This document shows, one piece after another, positions 21,201-28,476 of a stretch of DNA of 60,889 bases (positions are counted from its first letter, which is position 1; every line of letters begins with the position of its first letter). The position numbers and the translations under genes were made by a program. The notes under the pieces were generated by a model that worked only from the letters and a program-made list of their open reading frames with translations, searched no databases and was not told where the DNA came from. The stretch covers positions 62,001-122,889 of IMG/VR virus record IMGVR_UViG_3300042363_000729; one strand, 5' to 3'. This DNA comes from an uncultured virus (IMG/VR IMGVR_UViG_3300042363_000729) (taxonomy: Duplodnaviria; Heunggongvirae; Uroviricota; Caudoviricetes).

Positions 21201-24200
21201 AATTAATGCAGAGCTACAAACTGGTGACATAGTTGAAATTGAAACTAATCAATTTAGATTTGTGCAACGAGTAGATCAAGAAACTGCGGCTGAGTTTTCC
21301 AACTTTGGTCAAGCTGTTGACATTTGCCCGTACAACTGTAGTCTCTATGTTGGTGAACCCAACAGCAGTGTACAAGTATTCAAGGGTGGTATTGTTGAAC
21401 GCAATGTAAACCAAAGCCGTATCTATGGTACGACCACTGCTACAACTGCTAACCCAACATTAGCGGCGGCCAGCACAATTCGTGTCAATGACATGGATGT
21501 ATTGGTACCCGGCAGCTGGTCTAGTGCCAGCACTTATCCAGTTAACACTGTGGTAACCAATACTGTTGGCAGTACAACAACTATCTATCTAAGTTTGCAA
21601 GCAGTTCCTGCACTGACTTTGATTACCAACACTTCGTACTGGCAAGTAATTACATCAACCACGGTACTTGCCAGCGTAAATGTGCGAGCACTTGCCGCGC
21701 AGATCAATGTGTCTGTGCCAAACGTTAGTGCCACAGTTGATGTCAACGGATACATGACTATTGCAGTCAAGAACAATGATGCGGCAGCTGAATTTAACAA
21801 AGTACAAGTTGCTCCTGGGTCAGGTTCAGGAACATCATTCAATAATCTAGGGTTTGAAACATTTGTTTGGACACAAAATATTTTAAGCCCGTACCCTGTT
21901 GATTATGCACAGTTTGGCGGCAGCGTCAGCATTGATGATTCAGCAGTGAATCTTGTGGTAGGTGCGCCCAATGGTACCTTGTATCTAGAAACTGTGTTTG
22001 ACGATGGTACAACATTCTTTGATTCTGGCAGTACCATATTCTTTACAATTATTGTACAGAGTGGTGCCGCATACACGTTTGATTATTTGCCAAGTTCTAG
22101 TTTGGTAGTGACTAACCCAGGCAAATTTGTATTTGGACAACAGGTCAGCAACAGTGAAGTACAATCGTTAGACTCATTTGGTGTGGCAGTAAATTACACT
22201 GGTGGTGTGCTCATGGTGGGCGCACCCAAGAACGATGTTGGTGATTCAACTTCAGCGTTTGGTGCTGTATTTGTGTTTGAAAACCCCAATCGTTTACCTG
22301 CTTGGACAATACAAACAATAGAACAACCAGTAGTGGATGTGCGGTTGTTGAACTCGGTATTCTTGTATGATAGAATTTCCAGTGCAGTTACTGAACACCT
22401 GGATTGGCTCAACCCGTTACAAGGCAAAATACTAGGCGCCGCAAGACAAAACATTGACTATATTGGTGCTGTAGATCCTGCCAGTTACAATGTTGGTCCT
22501 CTCAACGTTAGAGGCACAACTTGGGTTGGTGGCCACCTGGGAGAAATTTGGTGGGACACTAGTTCTGTAAGATTTATTGACCCCAATCAAGACGACATTA
22601 CCTATGCGGCTCGACGTTGGAGCCAAGTGTTCCCTGGCAGCGAAATTGATGTCTATCAATGGATTGTAAGTTCAGTACCACCGGCGCAATACATTGGCGA
22701 AGGCGTGATTAAAGATACGCTGAGCTACGTTGTAAATTCTCGCTTGACCAAAGATGGCACCATTGCTACCGATTACTATTTCTGGGTTCGTGGTATTACT
22801 GTGACTGCAACAGCACTGGGCAAAACATTGCCAGCATCTACTGTTGCCAACTATATTGAAAACCCAAGAGCCAGTGGAATACCTTATGTTGCACCAATCA
22901 ATGCCAGCACAATTGCTATCTATAATTCGGGTGATTACATTGAAGCTCAAGATACAATTATTCACATTGAATTTGATCGTGAACTTACCAATGATAATGT
23001 ACACGTTGAATATGAACTGATCCCACAAGATCGTGCTGATGGCTTCTTGAGTGGCAATCTTTACCGCAAACTGCAAGACAGTTTCTGCGGTGTTGACAGT
23101 TTTGGTAACCTTGTACCTGACCCTAATCTCAGCATAGCTGAACGTTATGGCGTACAGTTCCGTCCACGTCAATCTATGTTTGTGGATCGATTTGCGGCTC
23201 TTAAAAACTACCTGAATCGATGCAATACTGTGTTGGCACAGTATACCATTGCTGAAAGCCGCAGTTTTAATTTGCTTAACAGTGCAGAGCCAGAACCAGG
23301 ATCTAGTACTGGCTTGTGGAACTTGCGTGTGGCCAACTTGGAAATCTTGGGATTCCAGAATATCTATACAGTGCCCTTGGGTTATCGATATCTTGTGGTC
23401 ACTGACAGTAGCAACCGTGGTTTGTGGACAATCTACACTGTAGAAAACAGTGACCAAATCCCAGGTGAACGAGCGTTGATTCTAACACGAGTTCAGGGTT
23501 ACAATACCCCAGACTACTGGAGTTACATTGATTGGTATCGCCCTGGGTACAATTCCAGCACCAAGGTCATTACGGAAGTTCCAGTATTCAGCTCATTGAC
23601 CACACTGGAAGTTGCTGTTGGCAGCAGTGTCAAAGTCACAGCCAATGCTCAAGGCAAGTGGGAAATTTACCTGCGCACTGATCTTGGTTATGAACGTGTG
23701 GGCTTGCAAGATGGGACCATAGAGTTTTCTGCAGAGCTTCATGATTATGCTCTGGGACGTTTTGGTTTTGACGTTGAAGTTTTTGACGCTCAATACTATG
23801 ACCAAGAGCCTGTGATTGAAACACGCAAAGTTATCCAGGCCATCAACGAAGAATTGTTTGTTGACGACCTGGCAATTCAACGCAACAAAGCCCTGGTGCT
23901 GATGTTTAACTATGTGTTGAGTGAATTCTCAGCGCCAGAATGGTTGGTCAAGACCAGTCTGATTGACGTTGATCATAGAATTCGTGATTTGGTTCCGTAC
24001 CAAAACTACGTGCGTGATAACCAAGAATTTGTGTCAGACTATATTCAAGAAGTCAAGCCTTATCACGTGAGTGTGCGCGAGTTCAACTTGAAATACACTG
24101 GCTTTGATGAATTCTTTGGCGACATGAGTGACTTTGATGTGCCAGCATACTATGATGTTTCTTTAGAAGTTCCGCAGTATGTGAGCCCAATTTTGTTACC

Positions 24201-27200
24201 ATACTATCACAGTGACAGCTTTAATGCGGCGTTTAACACCAAGAGCGACGTTCCTGCCAACAGTACAGTATGGACATCATGGCCATGGAGTCAATGGTAT
24301 AACAATTATTTGTTAACACTTGACGACATTAGAATGATTGAATTTGGTGTTGGGTATACTGAAGCACCTCAAGTGGTTATCACTGGCTCGGCTACTGTGC
24401 CTGCCACGGCTGTGGCAGTGATCAACAGCGTAGGACAAGTGGTAGCAATCAACATTGTTGACGCAGGCTCTGGCTATAATGCAACGCCAACTGTGACATT
24501 TAACGGTGGTAACGGTTCAGGCGCCAAGGCCTATCCTATCATGAACTATGATGCGGTAACTGACACACCCACTGGTCTAGTGCGTAGCTTTAAAACTGTG
24601 ATCAAGTATGACCGATTCCAGTATGTCAGCAGTGTGCTTACATGGAGTCCTGATGGCACCTATCAAGACGGTACCTTGGTTCGTTACGAAGATCGTGTGT
24701 GGCAAGCGTCAAGCCCAGATTCAACCGCAGTGGTTGGACCTGATTTTAATCTAGAAGACTGGACCCCAGTCAACGCTGGAACCTACAACAACGGCCTGGG
24801 ACTAACTGGTGTTGATCGTACCATGGGCTTGTATGTTGCAGGGGTGAACAACCCCGGGCTTGAATTGCCTTTGTTGATTGATGGCGTTGACTATCCGGGT
24901 GTGCAAGTGTATGGTGATTACTTCCTTGGCAATCCCACATTTGTAGACGCAGAATACACAAGCGAATTTACAGACGCTACCTTGGGTGATCGATTCAGCG
25001 ACATCAACGCAGACGGTGGCCAGTTTATTGGTCCTTACGAAGGACATGCACCAGAAGAACTGGTAAACGGATCAGAATACGACACCTTGGATTTCCGAGT
25101 GTACACACGCCCAGGCTCAGATTGGAGCTTTGATGGACATGGATTCCAACTGGGAAGTCGTCGATTCATCTTTACTCCTGCGTTGACCAGCACATTTAGT
25201 TGGGCTGACGTGGTTGATCGTCCTGTGGAAATTGTTGTTAGCAATCAAACACAAGGCGTTGATTTAAGAAAAAATATTGACTACAGTGTTGACTACAACG
25301 AACAAACAATCACCATCAACACTGGTGTAGCCGATGGTGAAATTATCAATATCACAGTTTACGAATTGGGTGGCGGTAGCCAACTGTTTAGAAACAACTA
25401 CAACGGTGGTGATGTTGGAGACAGCGTTGTAATTCCAGTAAACAGTGTAGAAATAACTGACATTGCAGTGTTCTCAAATGGCGAGTTAACCACTGGCATT
25501 AGTTGGGAACCCTATGTTGACAGTGTGACCTGGGACATTGTTGATCCCTACAGCAAATTTGACACAGTGAAATCCACAGCGGCATTTGCCGGATCAGTGA
25601 CTGGAACAACATTGACCGTTACCGCAGTGACTTCAGGAACAGTGATAGCTGGACAATTCATCACAGGTGCTTATGTAGAATCCAACACATTTGTTGTTGA
25701 TCAAATTGAGCCATTGTTGTTTGGTGAAACCCTGGGCGGCATAGGACGATACAATGTAACAGTATCTCAAACTGGATTCCCAGGCAACATTGTGGGTGCT
25801 AGTTTCTATCGTGCGCTTCAAAATGTGCCAGCTGGTACCAATATTACTGAAACTTTGTATTGGTTTAAATTTGTACCAACACTACAAACTCTTGTGAATT
25901 TTGGAACAACCTATACTGGCGCTGAAGGCTTGGCCTTGGTGGCATTTAGTCTTACCACTGTGAGTGCTGGGAACTTTGCTGTTGGCAACACCTACACTAT
26001 TGCGTCACTTGGCACAACAAATTTCACAGCAATTGGCGCGGCATCAAACACCGTGGGCACACAATTTACAGCTACTGGTGTTGGCACAGGCTCTGGCACA
26101 GCAACATATGATTACAGTTGGAGTACCCCGCAGGTACAATATTTTGTGGTTGATAACAACACAGTGTCAACCAAGACTTTTATCTTGACCAACAGTTTGC
26201 AAGGGTCAAACAACGCCAACATGATTGTCACAAGAAATGGCTTGCGACTACGCCCATACGAAGGAATTGAGTGGTTTGGTGACGGATCCAGTACCGAGTT
26301 TGGATTGCCGCAACGTGGTGGTTTTGGCCAAGACATTATTGATGCACCCAACGATATATTTGTTTGGGTTGATAATGTATTGCAACCACAGAGTTTTGGT
26401 GCACAATCAGGCACCTACAGTGTCAGCAATTATACTGGTTCCAACACTCCTGGTCGTCAGGTGGTGTTTAACGATCCTCCGCCAGCAGGTGTAAGAATCT
26501 TGATTTCGGTTGATACCCAAGCTGACTATACCATAATAAGCAATCAATTACAAATCATTACCTCAGTTAACGTAGGCGACAGCATTGCAGTTACCACATG
26601 GAACGATACTGCGCAACAGGCTCCGTTGACTTTGGTATTCCAAGGTCCAATTGTTACTGGTGTAACTGTTGCTGAAGGTTACGACAGCACAGTATTTGAT
26701 GCGGCAGCTATTTCAGAAACGCCAGGATCATTTGACTTCTCAACAGGTACTGCGGTGGCTAACAATGACTTCTGGCTTGAACGTGCTGGGGTTGAGGCCA
26801 GCAGACTTTGGGTAACACTGGATGGTCAACGACTGTTTGAAGGTCAAGACTTTGTGGTTGCCGGTGAGTATCTTGAGCTCAGTAGCGGCGCTATTGGCAC
26901 CTTACAAATTCTAGCAGTTACTGAATTTACCAGCAGCCTAGTTCCAGAAGCCATGGCATTCCGCATATTCCAAGACATGCGCGGCGTGCAAGCCACCTAT
27001 AGAATCACTGCGGCCACTAGTACATTTGTGGCGCAACCTATTGGTCAAACTGACAGTGTGATCTACGTAGACGACGTAAGAAAACTCAGTGAACCAGCTC
27101 TTGACGTTGGTATTTTTGGTGTGGTTACAATCAACGGTGAACGCATCATGTACCGCACTGTAAATTATGACAACAATTCTATCACTGGACTGTTGCGTGG

Positions 27201-27678
27201 AACTGCTGGTACTGCGGCTGCTGATCATGACGTGGGCACAGACGTATACGATACTGGACGCGGAAACTTGTTGCCAGAGCAGTATCAAGACTATGTGGTC
27301 AAAGACAACAGCATGGGCGATGGTACAACCACTGTGTTCTACGCTCCAAGTATTGTGTTTGAAGATTTCTTGGACTCCAGCAGTGAGCGTCCTGCAATTG
27401 AAGTTTATGTGGGCGGCACCCGTCAATACGCTTATAGTGATACTAGCGCAACTTCAAAGTATCGATATTTTGTAACTGACTTTGACCCACTGGCGGTGGA
27501 CTTTATTGTGGATAACAATGTAATACCTCCACTCACAGCCCCAGCAGCCGGCGAAGAAGTAACGATCTTGGTACGTCAAGGAATCAGCTGGTATCAGCCA
27601 GGACTAACCACTGCTAGCGACGGTATTGCCCTGCAAGATACAGAAACGTTCCAGGCAAGGTTCTTGCGTGGTCTATAA
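12271..27678 (+). CDS. Giant (5135 aa) mosaic virion structural protein, at the gp7-like baseplate/fibre position
   Basis: Uninterrupted 15.4-kb ORF coupled to gp6 (TAATG). N-terminus FLPEIFQTDANKQFL. Contains FG-GAP-like repeats and CBM-like and cupredoxin-like modules. Confidence 0.75.
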   Translation: MATVRSVDFLPEIFQTDANKQFLRATLDQLIQEPKFKKTQGFIGRTVGPGVNPNDKYVVEPTDTRANYQLEPGVISLVPDTDTIQNAITYPGLNDAIGFQGGNNGRPDRLYESEYYSWDPFVDFDSFVNFSQYFWLPNGPEVVDVAATGVATSDNFIVDRENGVYTFSGVAGENPIIELVRGGSYTFQVAQNNKETVNYRVRNQGISSYVIDFQNNPTLTLSRGNTYVFNLTLNGDFPFWIKTAPVTGLGSPYNSGVSRNGAVTGLVTFTVPQDAPDTLYYISQTQSNMQGELNIVDGVPGTGPGFWIQAAPGVSGLIPTTPNISSRDVFGVTGNGEDLGTIVFNVPSKTAQSFYYDLNPITSIDLITGLKFDEINNQPVDQFILQYGGIDGITNLNGRTLIFTNPLTDDTDGGWLRTTLFDPLEPGAANNGLAGSFDSLPYDQTLIIEPEQRYQRWQISYVNVAGTNYLYCSKIADIAPLDKFNIGYGNTYSNTQWYKDATGTFKQVPLLTAVQDTLYYQDGTDPEIFGTIKLLEQTGASTLFVDQILGRKTYTSPNGVEFSNGLKVRFTSDVSPASYGSGTTSITYTETESGTNYITSNSSNNLYVGEQIVFNSPSLGGLLPGQTYYVRSIAASGLKFTVSTVDGGPAVSLLTGTGTAFATSISNVEYYVSGVGTSIELLPVRDFTTPETYVVDAFDSTIATEPDQLDYLTISRASKDLNAWTRSNRWFHIDVINATADYNNSVAVLDNNYRAKRPVIQFRPGIRLWNMGTSGKAPVDIIDFDETDAFSNIEGSTSYSTDGYTFVEGTRVIFAADTDADVRDKIYIVSFVTPDTVAPLIAQPIIVLTLAADGLISLDQSTVCLYGNSLQGLTFWYDGTEWTQAQQKTGVQQAPLFNVYDPQSVSFGDGTKYQSTTFAGSKLFSYAVGDSSILDPVLQFPLQYLNINNVGDIVFVNNLYNDTFLYVVDNVSVTSDISSGSVREYTTRETYQKLLGWQTAISDSKVYQQFKFSYSGTTLKLDVSVLNQVTSAVPVIKVYFGSEFQDPGTYTYITTSNSTTITLNGTYVLGDIIEVLALSNQTSQAAFYQVPNNLESNPLNANSPNFTLGTIRQHYQSICENLLTLRGPVNGANNTRDLGDIIPYGLTILQQSSPLTLAGYFMRSQDYNIFAALQYNSQEYLKFKAQMLDSVISQNIGFNSTAQILDTAIQNITLGKLDSQPFYWGDMIPQGVTTYSNSYTVSFITRPTFDTVQVYNFESANYLGLCVYINDVILVRGVDYDVATDGPRLTITRTLNLGDIVLINEYSETYGAFVPNTPTKMGLYPAYIPVITDQVTSTGTETVIIGHDGSVTKAFGDLRDEVLLEFEKRVYSNLKLDGNPVPITIEEVLPGEFRETGFTFEEINTIFAQDLLSYCGWNKLDYKTQNFSANNEFTWNYSTATNKLNNENLLGAWRGIYRYFYDTQQPSLSPWEMLGLAEKPLWWEGRYGTAPYTSDNLVLWDDLEAGYVADPVAPFYRPEYARPGLTKVIPVDDQGNLVSPFVSVVSNYQENQFQKSWAIGDGGPVEASWWNSSAYPFSVMHVLAVTRPAKFFALFADRDRYKYNEDYQQYLYDNRYRLDANGVQVYGNGVSKASFMDWIVDFNRQTGINSTDALQADLKSLDVRLCYRMASFSDKQYIKLYTEKSSPNSTNTALQIPDESYNVLLYKNQPFDRVIYSSVAVQKVAGGYAVFGYGNSQPYFNILESKAVGKMQTITTSGITIKVPTFYTDNVVQVPYGFIFTNATSVADFLLSYGQFLQRQGLAFTNIANGYVLDWGRMVNEFLYWTAQGWGEDAIINLNPLAAGLDITRPQAIVDSVNAETTENLILDQNSREISSRNLNVVRLGNYFSIQPLSTQSLSYIDLRYTNYEHMIVLDNQSVFGDLIYDPITGARQSRLNLIAATSDEWNGSVDAPGFILNQDNVEEWTGLRTYTKGEIVKYKNVYWSALTIVQPTDKFDFNVWTQSDFTQTEIGLLPNLANKANQLANSYDINQANLEGDNDLLSYGLTGFRPRQYMSALNLDDVSQLNVYRQFIGDKGSVLSAELFKSANLGKESADYDIFENWAVQRAVYGANANRSFFELRLNRALLNPNPSLIQVVIPQQQSSADQQILLSAVWRQSYKLTSPDILPTTIELPTDIGLPTAGYVNLDDADITVFDINNPASLNANIDNIEVGTSIWVAKVNSYDWNIYRAQAVPGVIQHVCDNLNGTSRVIFSQNHGLVAGNKLIIKFFDTEINGVYQVLSVSNLTTVNISFRFTGSRTVANGSGLGYTLQTMRVSQASDVINLPYANNILPGAKVWVDDNGQGLWEVLEKNEVFSDVTSLSPILLDAGEQYGSSVAQAQNRLAALVGSPRYGFGNVSDPELAQGALYLYVKAYTDQYQPVTPLGNTDAVFKLDATGIRGYGNAVDFGNQAWAIAGASNSTDQLSMSIIAASGDGSTVTITFPTMTSAPFSIGDSVVITGVNPDSYNGTWTLTNCTSSQLQFASTNTNIYLSGGKITQNSNYSTQVGTACVIYRDPALGQPGAVPFAQWQLLTPPAVTSPFGAPGTREFGYSVAMSLDERWAYVGSPATNEVHAYGRVDYENQFARARGDGVTKTYNIADRIQINASTQLKITIDGTIQTLGTNYTVAPSLGSVTFTIAPPADTLIDIQRIFTQQLDAQNYYDVIQSATSGSGTGAKFTIVRVRGQVGQTPGGEGSVGTTSLGSGYAVNDTIDIAASTFGGGSSPANDIVLTVLTVGTGGALGLFSIAYTAPTLTSTFSLNEYFFTATTINSFSVTVDDALQRPNLDYTFNTTTDDLRFENVPPAGSVIIVNAQGYFEYVSTIDTSDVPGGLVAGDRFGESIAITTDGRQIMVGAPDSGINGETESGAVYIFDRNVQKFIYNSDNSTISGYEFTLLGTPVGPISVIVNNVFLQNEYTTLPSAPNTFEWNGANTVTINAELQTGDIVEIETNQFRFVQRVDQETAAEFSNFGQAVDICPYNCSLYVGEPNSSVQVFKGGIVERNVNQSRIYGTTTATTANPTLAAASTIRVNDMDVLVPGSWSSASTYPVNTVVTNTVGSTTTIYLSLQAVPALTLITNTSYWQVITSTTVLASVNVRALAAQINVSVPNVSATVDVNGYMTIAVKNNDAAAEFNKVQVAPGSGSGTSFNNLGFETFVWTQNILSPYPVDYAQFGGSVSIDDSAVNLVVGAPNGTLYLETVFDDGTTFFDSGSTIFFTIIVQSGAAYTFDYLPSSSLVVTNPGKFVFGQQVSNSEVQSLDSFGVAVNYTGGVLMVGAPKNDVGDSTSAFGAVFVFENPNRLPAWTIQTIEQPVVDVRLLNSVFLYDRISSAVTEHLDWLNPLQGKILGAARQNIDYIGAVDPASYNVGPLNVRGTTWVGGHLGEIWWDTSSVRFIDPNQDDITYAARRWSQVFPGSEIDVYQWIVSSVPPAQYIGEGVIKDTLSYVVNSRLTKDGTIATDYYFWVRGITVTATALGKTLPASTVANYIENPRASGIPYVAPINASTIAIYNSGDYIEAQDTIIHIEFDRELTNDNVHVEYELIPQDRADGFLSGNLYRKLQDSFCGVDSFGNLVPDPNLSIAERYGVQFRPRQSMFVDRFAALKNYLNRCNTVLAQYTIAESRSFNLLNSAEPEPGSSTGLWNLRVANLEILGFQNIYTVPLGYRYLVVTDSSNRGLWTIYTVENSDQIPGERALILTRVQGYNTPDYWSYIDWYRPGYNSSTKVITEVPVFSSLTTLEVAVGSSVKVTANAQGKWEIYLRTDLGYERVGLQDGTIEFSAELHDYALGRFGFDVEVFDAQYYDQEPVIETRKVIQAINEELFVDDLAIQRNKALVLMFNYVLSEFSAPEWLVKTSLIDVDHRIRDLVPYQNYVRDNQEFVSDYIQEVKPYHVSVREFNLKYTGFDEFFGDMSDFDVPAYYDVSLEVPQYVSPILLPYYHSDSFNAAFNTKSDVPANSTVWTSWPWSQWYNNYLLTLDDIRMIEFGVGYTEAPQVVITGSATVPATAVAVINSVGQVVAINIVDAGSGYNATPTVTFNGGNGSGAKAYPIMNYDAVTDTPTGLVRSFKTVIKYDRFQYVSSVLTWSPDGTYQDGTLVRYEDRVWQASSPDSTAVVGPDFNLEDWTPVNAGTYNNGLGLTGVDRTMGLYVAGVNNPGLELPLLIDGVDYPGVQVYGDYFLGNPTFVDAEYTSEFTDATLGDRFSDINADGGQFIGPYEGHAPEELVNGSEYDTLDFRVYTRPGSDWSFDGHGFQLGSRRFIFTPALTSTFSWADVVDRPVEIVVSNQTQGVDLRKNIDYSVDYNEQTITINTGVADGEIINITVYELGGGSQLFRNNYNGGDVGDSVVIPVNSVEITDIAVFSNGELTTGISWEPYVDSVTWDIVDPYSKFDTVKSTAAFAGSVTGTTLTVTAVTSGTVIAGQFITGAYVESNTFVVDQIEPLLFGETLGGIGRYNVTVSQTGFPGNIVGASFYRALQNVPAGTNITETLYWFKFVPTLQTLVNFGTTYTGAEGLALVAFSLTTVSAGNFAVGNTYTIASLGTTNFTAIGAASNTVGTQFTATGVGTGSGTATYDYSWSTPQVQYFVVDNNTVSTKTFILTNSLQGSNNANMIVTRNGLRLRPYEGIEWFGDGSSTEFGLPQRGGFGQDIIDAPNDIFVWVDNVLQPQSFGAQSGTYSVSNYTGSNTPGRQVVFNDPPPAGVRILISVDTQADYTIISNQLQIITSVNVGDSIAVTTWNDTAQQAPLTLVFQGPIVTGVTVAEGYDSTVFDAAAISETPGSFDFSTGTAVANNDFWLERAGVEASRLWVTLDGQRLFEGQDFVVAGEYLELSSGAIGTLQILAVTEFTSSLVPEAMAFRIFQDMRGVQATYRITAATSTFVAQPIGQTDSVIYVDDVRKLSEPALDVGIFGVVTINGERIMYRTVNYDNNSITGLLRGTAGTAAADHDVGTDVYDTGRGNLLPEQYQDYVVKDNSMGDGTTTVFYAPSIVFEDFLDSSSERPAIEVYVGGTRQYAYSDTSATSKYRYFVTDFDPLAVDFIVDNNVIPPLTAPAAGEEVTILVRQGISWYQPGLTTASDGIALQDTETFQARFLRGL

Positions 27679-27684
27679 CCTAGG

Positions 27685-27690
27685 TAAATA
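27685..27690 (+). promoter_or_regulatory. Late-promoter-like TAAATA
   Basis: GGTAAATA in the 19-nt gap before the ATG at 27698. Confidence 0.45.
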
Positions 27691-27697
27691 AAATATC

Positions 27698-27847
27698 ATG
27701 TCAACTACCCCGCAAAAACAGACCGCACAACCCGCCCCACAGGCCAAACCGCGCCGACCCAACGAAACTGGGTCGATCAGCGTACAAGCTCACATGCGTA
27801 TTTTTGATCCAAAAACACAGAAAACATACGTGGAGGGACGAGCATGA
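27698..27847 (+). CDS. 49-aa small protein, not in the ORF track (MSTTPQKQ...GSISVQAHMRIFDPKTQKTYVEGRA)
   Basis: Translated by hand. Fills the gap exactly, has an ATGA overlap with the next gene and resembles that gene's N-terminus. Confidence 0.75.
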   Translation: MSTTPQKQTAQPAPQAKPRRPNETGSISVQAHMRIFDPKTQKTYVEGRA

Positions 27848-28449
27848 TAGTACCCGGATTGTGCAAGATTGAGGGATTTGTAAAGATACACAACCCCAAA
27901 ACTGGTGAAGTTCTAGTGGACAAAAAGAACGCAATTCACTATGAAAACATTTCAGTGGCCATGGCACAAACTCTTAGTGATCGTGGCCTGGGATACATAT
28001 ACGAAATGGCATTTGGCAACGGCGGTAGCTCAGTAGACCCCACTGGCGTTATCACATACTTGCCCCCAAACACCACAGGCCAAAACGCTGACCTGTACAA
28101 CCAAACTTATTCTAAAGTTGTAAACGATAACTCTGCGGCAGACACTGACCCGGCCAACAACAAAATGACAGTTTTGCACACAGCCGGCAATGTTTATACA
28201 GATATCTTAGTAACTTGTTTGTTGGACTATGGCGAGCCCCCAGAACAGCAGGCATTTGACAACTCAACCAACTTCAACGGTGAGTTTGTTTTTGATGAAC
28301 TTGGGCTAAAATCATGGAACGGGGCCGCAGATAATTTGCGCTTGATCACTCATGTGATTTTCCACCCCGTACAAAAGAGTTTGAACCGTCAAATTCAAAT
28401 TGACTACACATTGAGAATTCAGACGTTGAGCAATATCAACGCTGTATAA
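27844..28449 (+). CDS. Baseplate/tail-fibre attachment (collar-like) structural protein
   Basis: Pattern MAFGNGG...FDELGL...LITHVIFHPVQKS...IDYTLRI; located between the giant protein and the fibre gene. Confidence 0.55.
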   Translation: MIVPGLCKIEGFVKIHNPKTGEVLVDKKNAIHYENISVAMAQTLSDRGLGYIYEMAFGNGGSSVDPTGVITYLPPNTTGQNADLYNQTYSKVVNDNSAADTDPANNKMTVLHTAGNVYTDILVTCLLDYGEPPEQQAFDNSTNFNGEFVFDELGLKSWNGAADNLRLITHVIFHPVQKSLNRQIQIDYTLRIQTLSNINAV

Positions 28450-28452
28450 ATA
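28445..28452 (+). promoter_or_regulatory. T4-type late promoter TATAAATA
   Basis: Exact T4 late consensus overlapping the upstream stop codon, 24 nt before the fibre gene ATG. Confidence 0.7.
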
Positions 28453-28476
28453 TAGAAATAGGAACAGGTAACTGAC

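Noticed and set aside
22672..23457. 261-aa minus-strand ORF, plus many other antisense or alternate-frame ORFs in the track (e.g. 49946-50515, 32647-33201, 26938-27426)
   Set aside because: They lie wholly within well-supported genes and show no family motifs; they are the expected shadows of codon bias.
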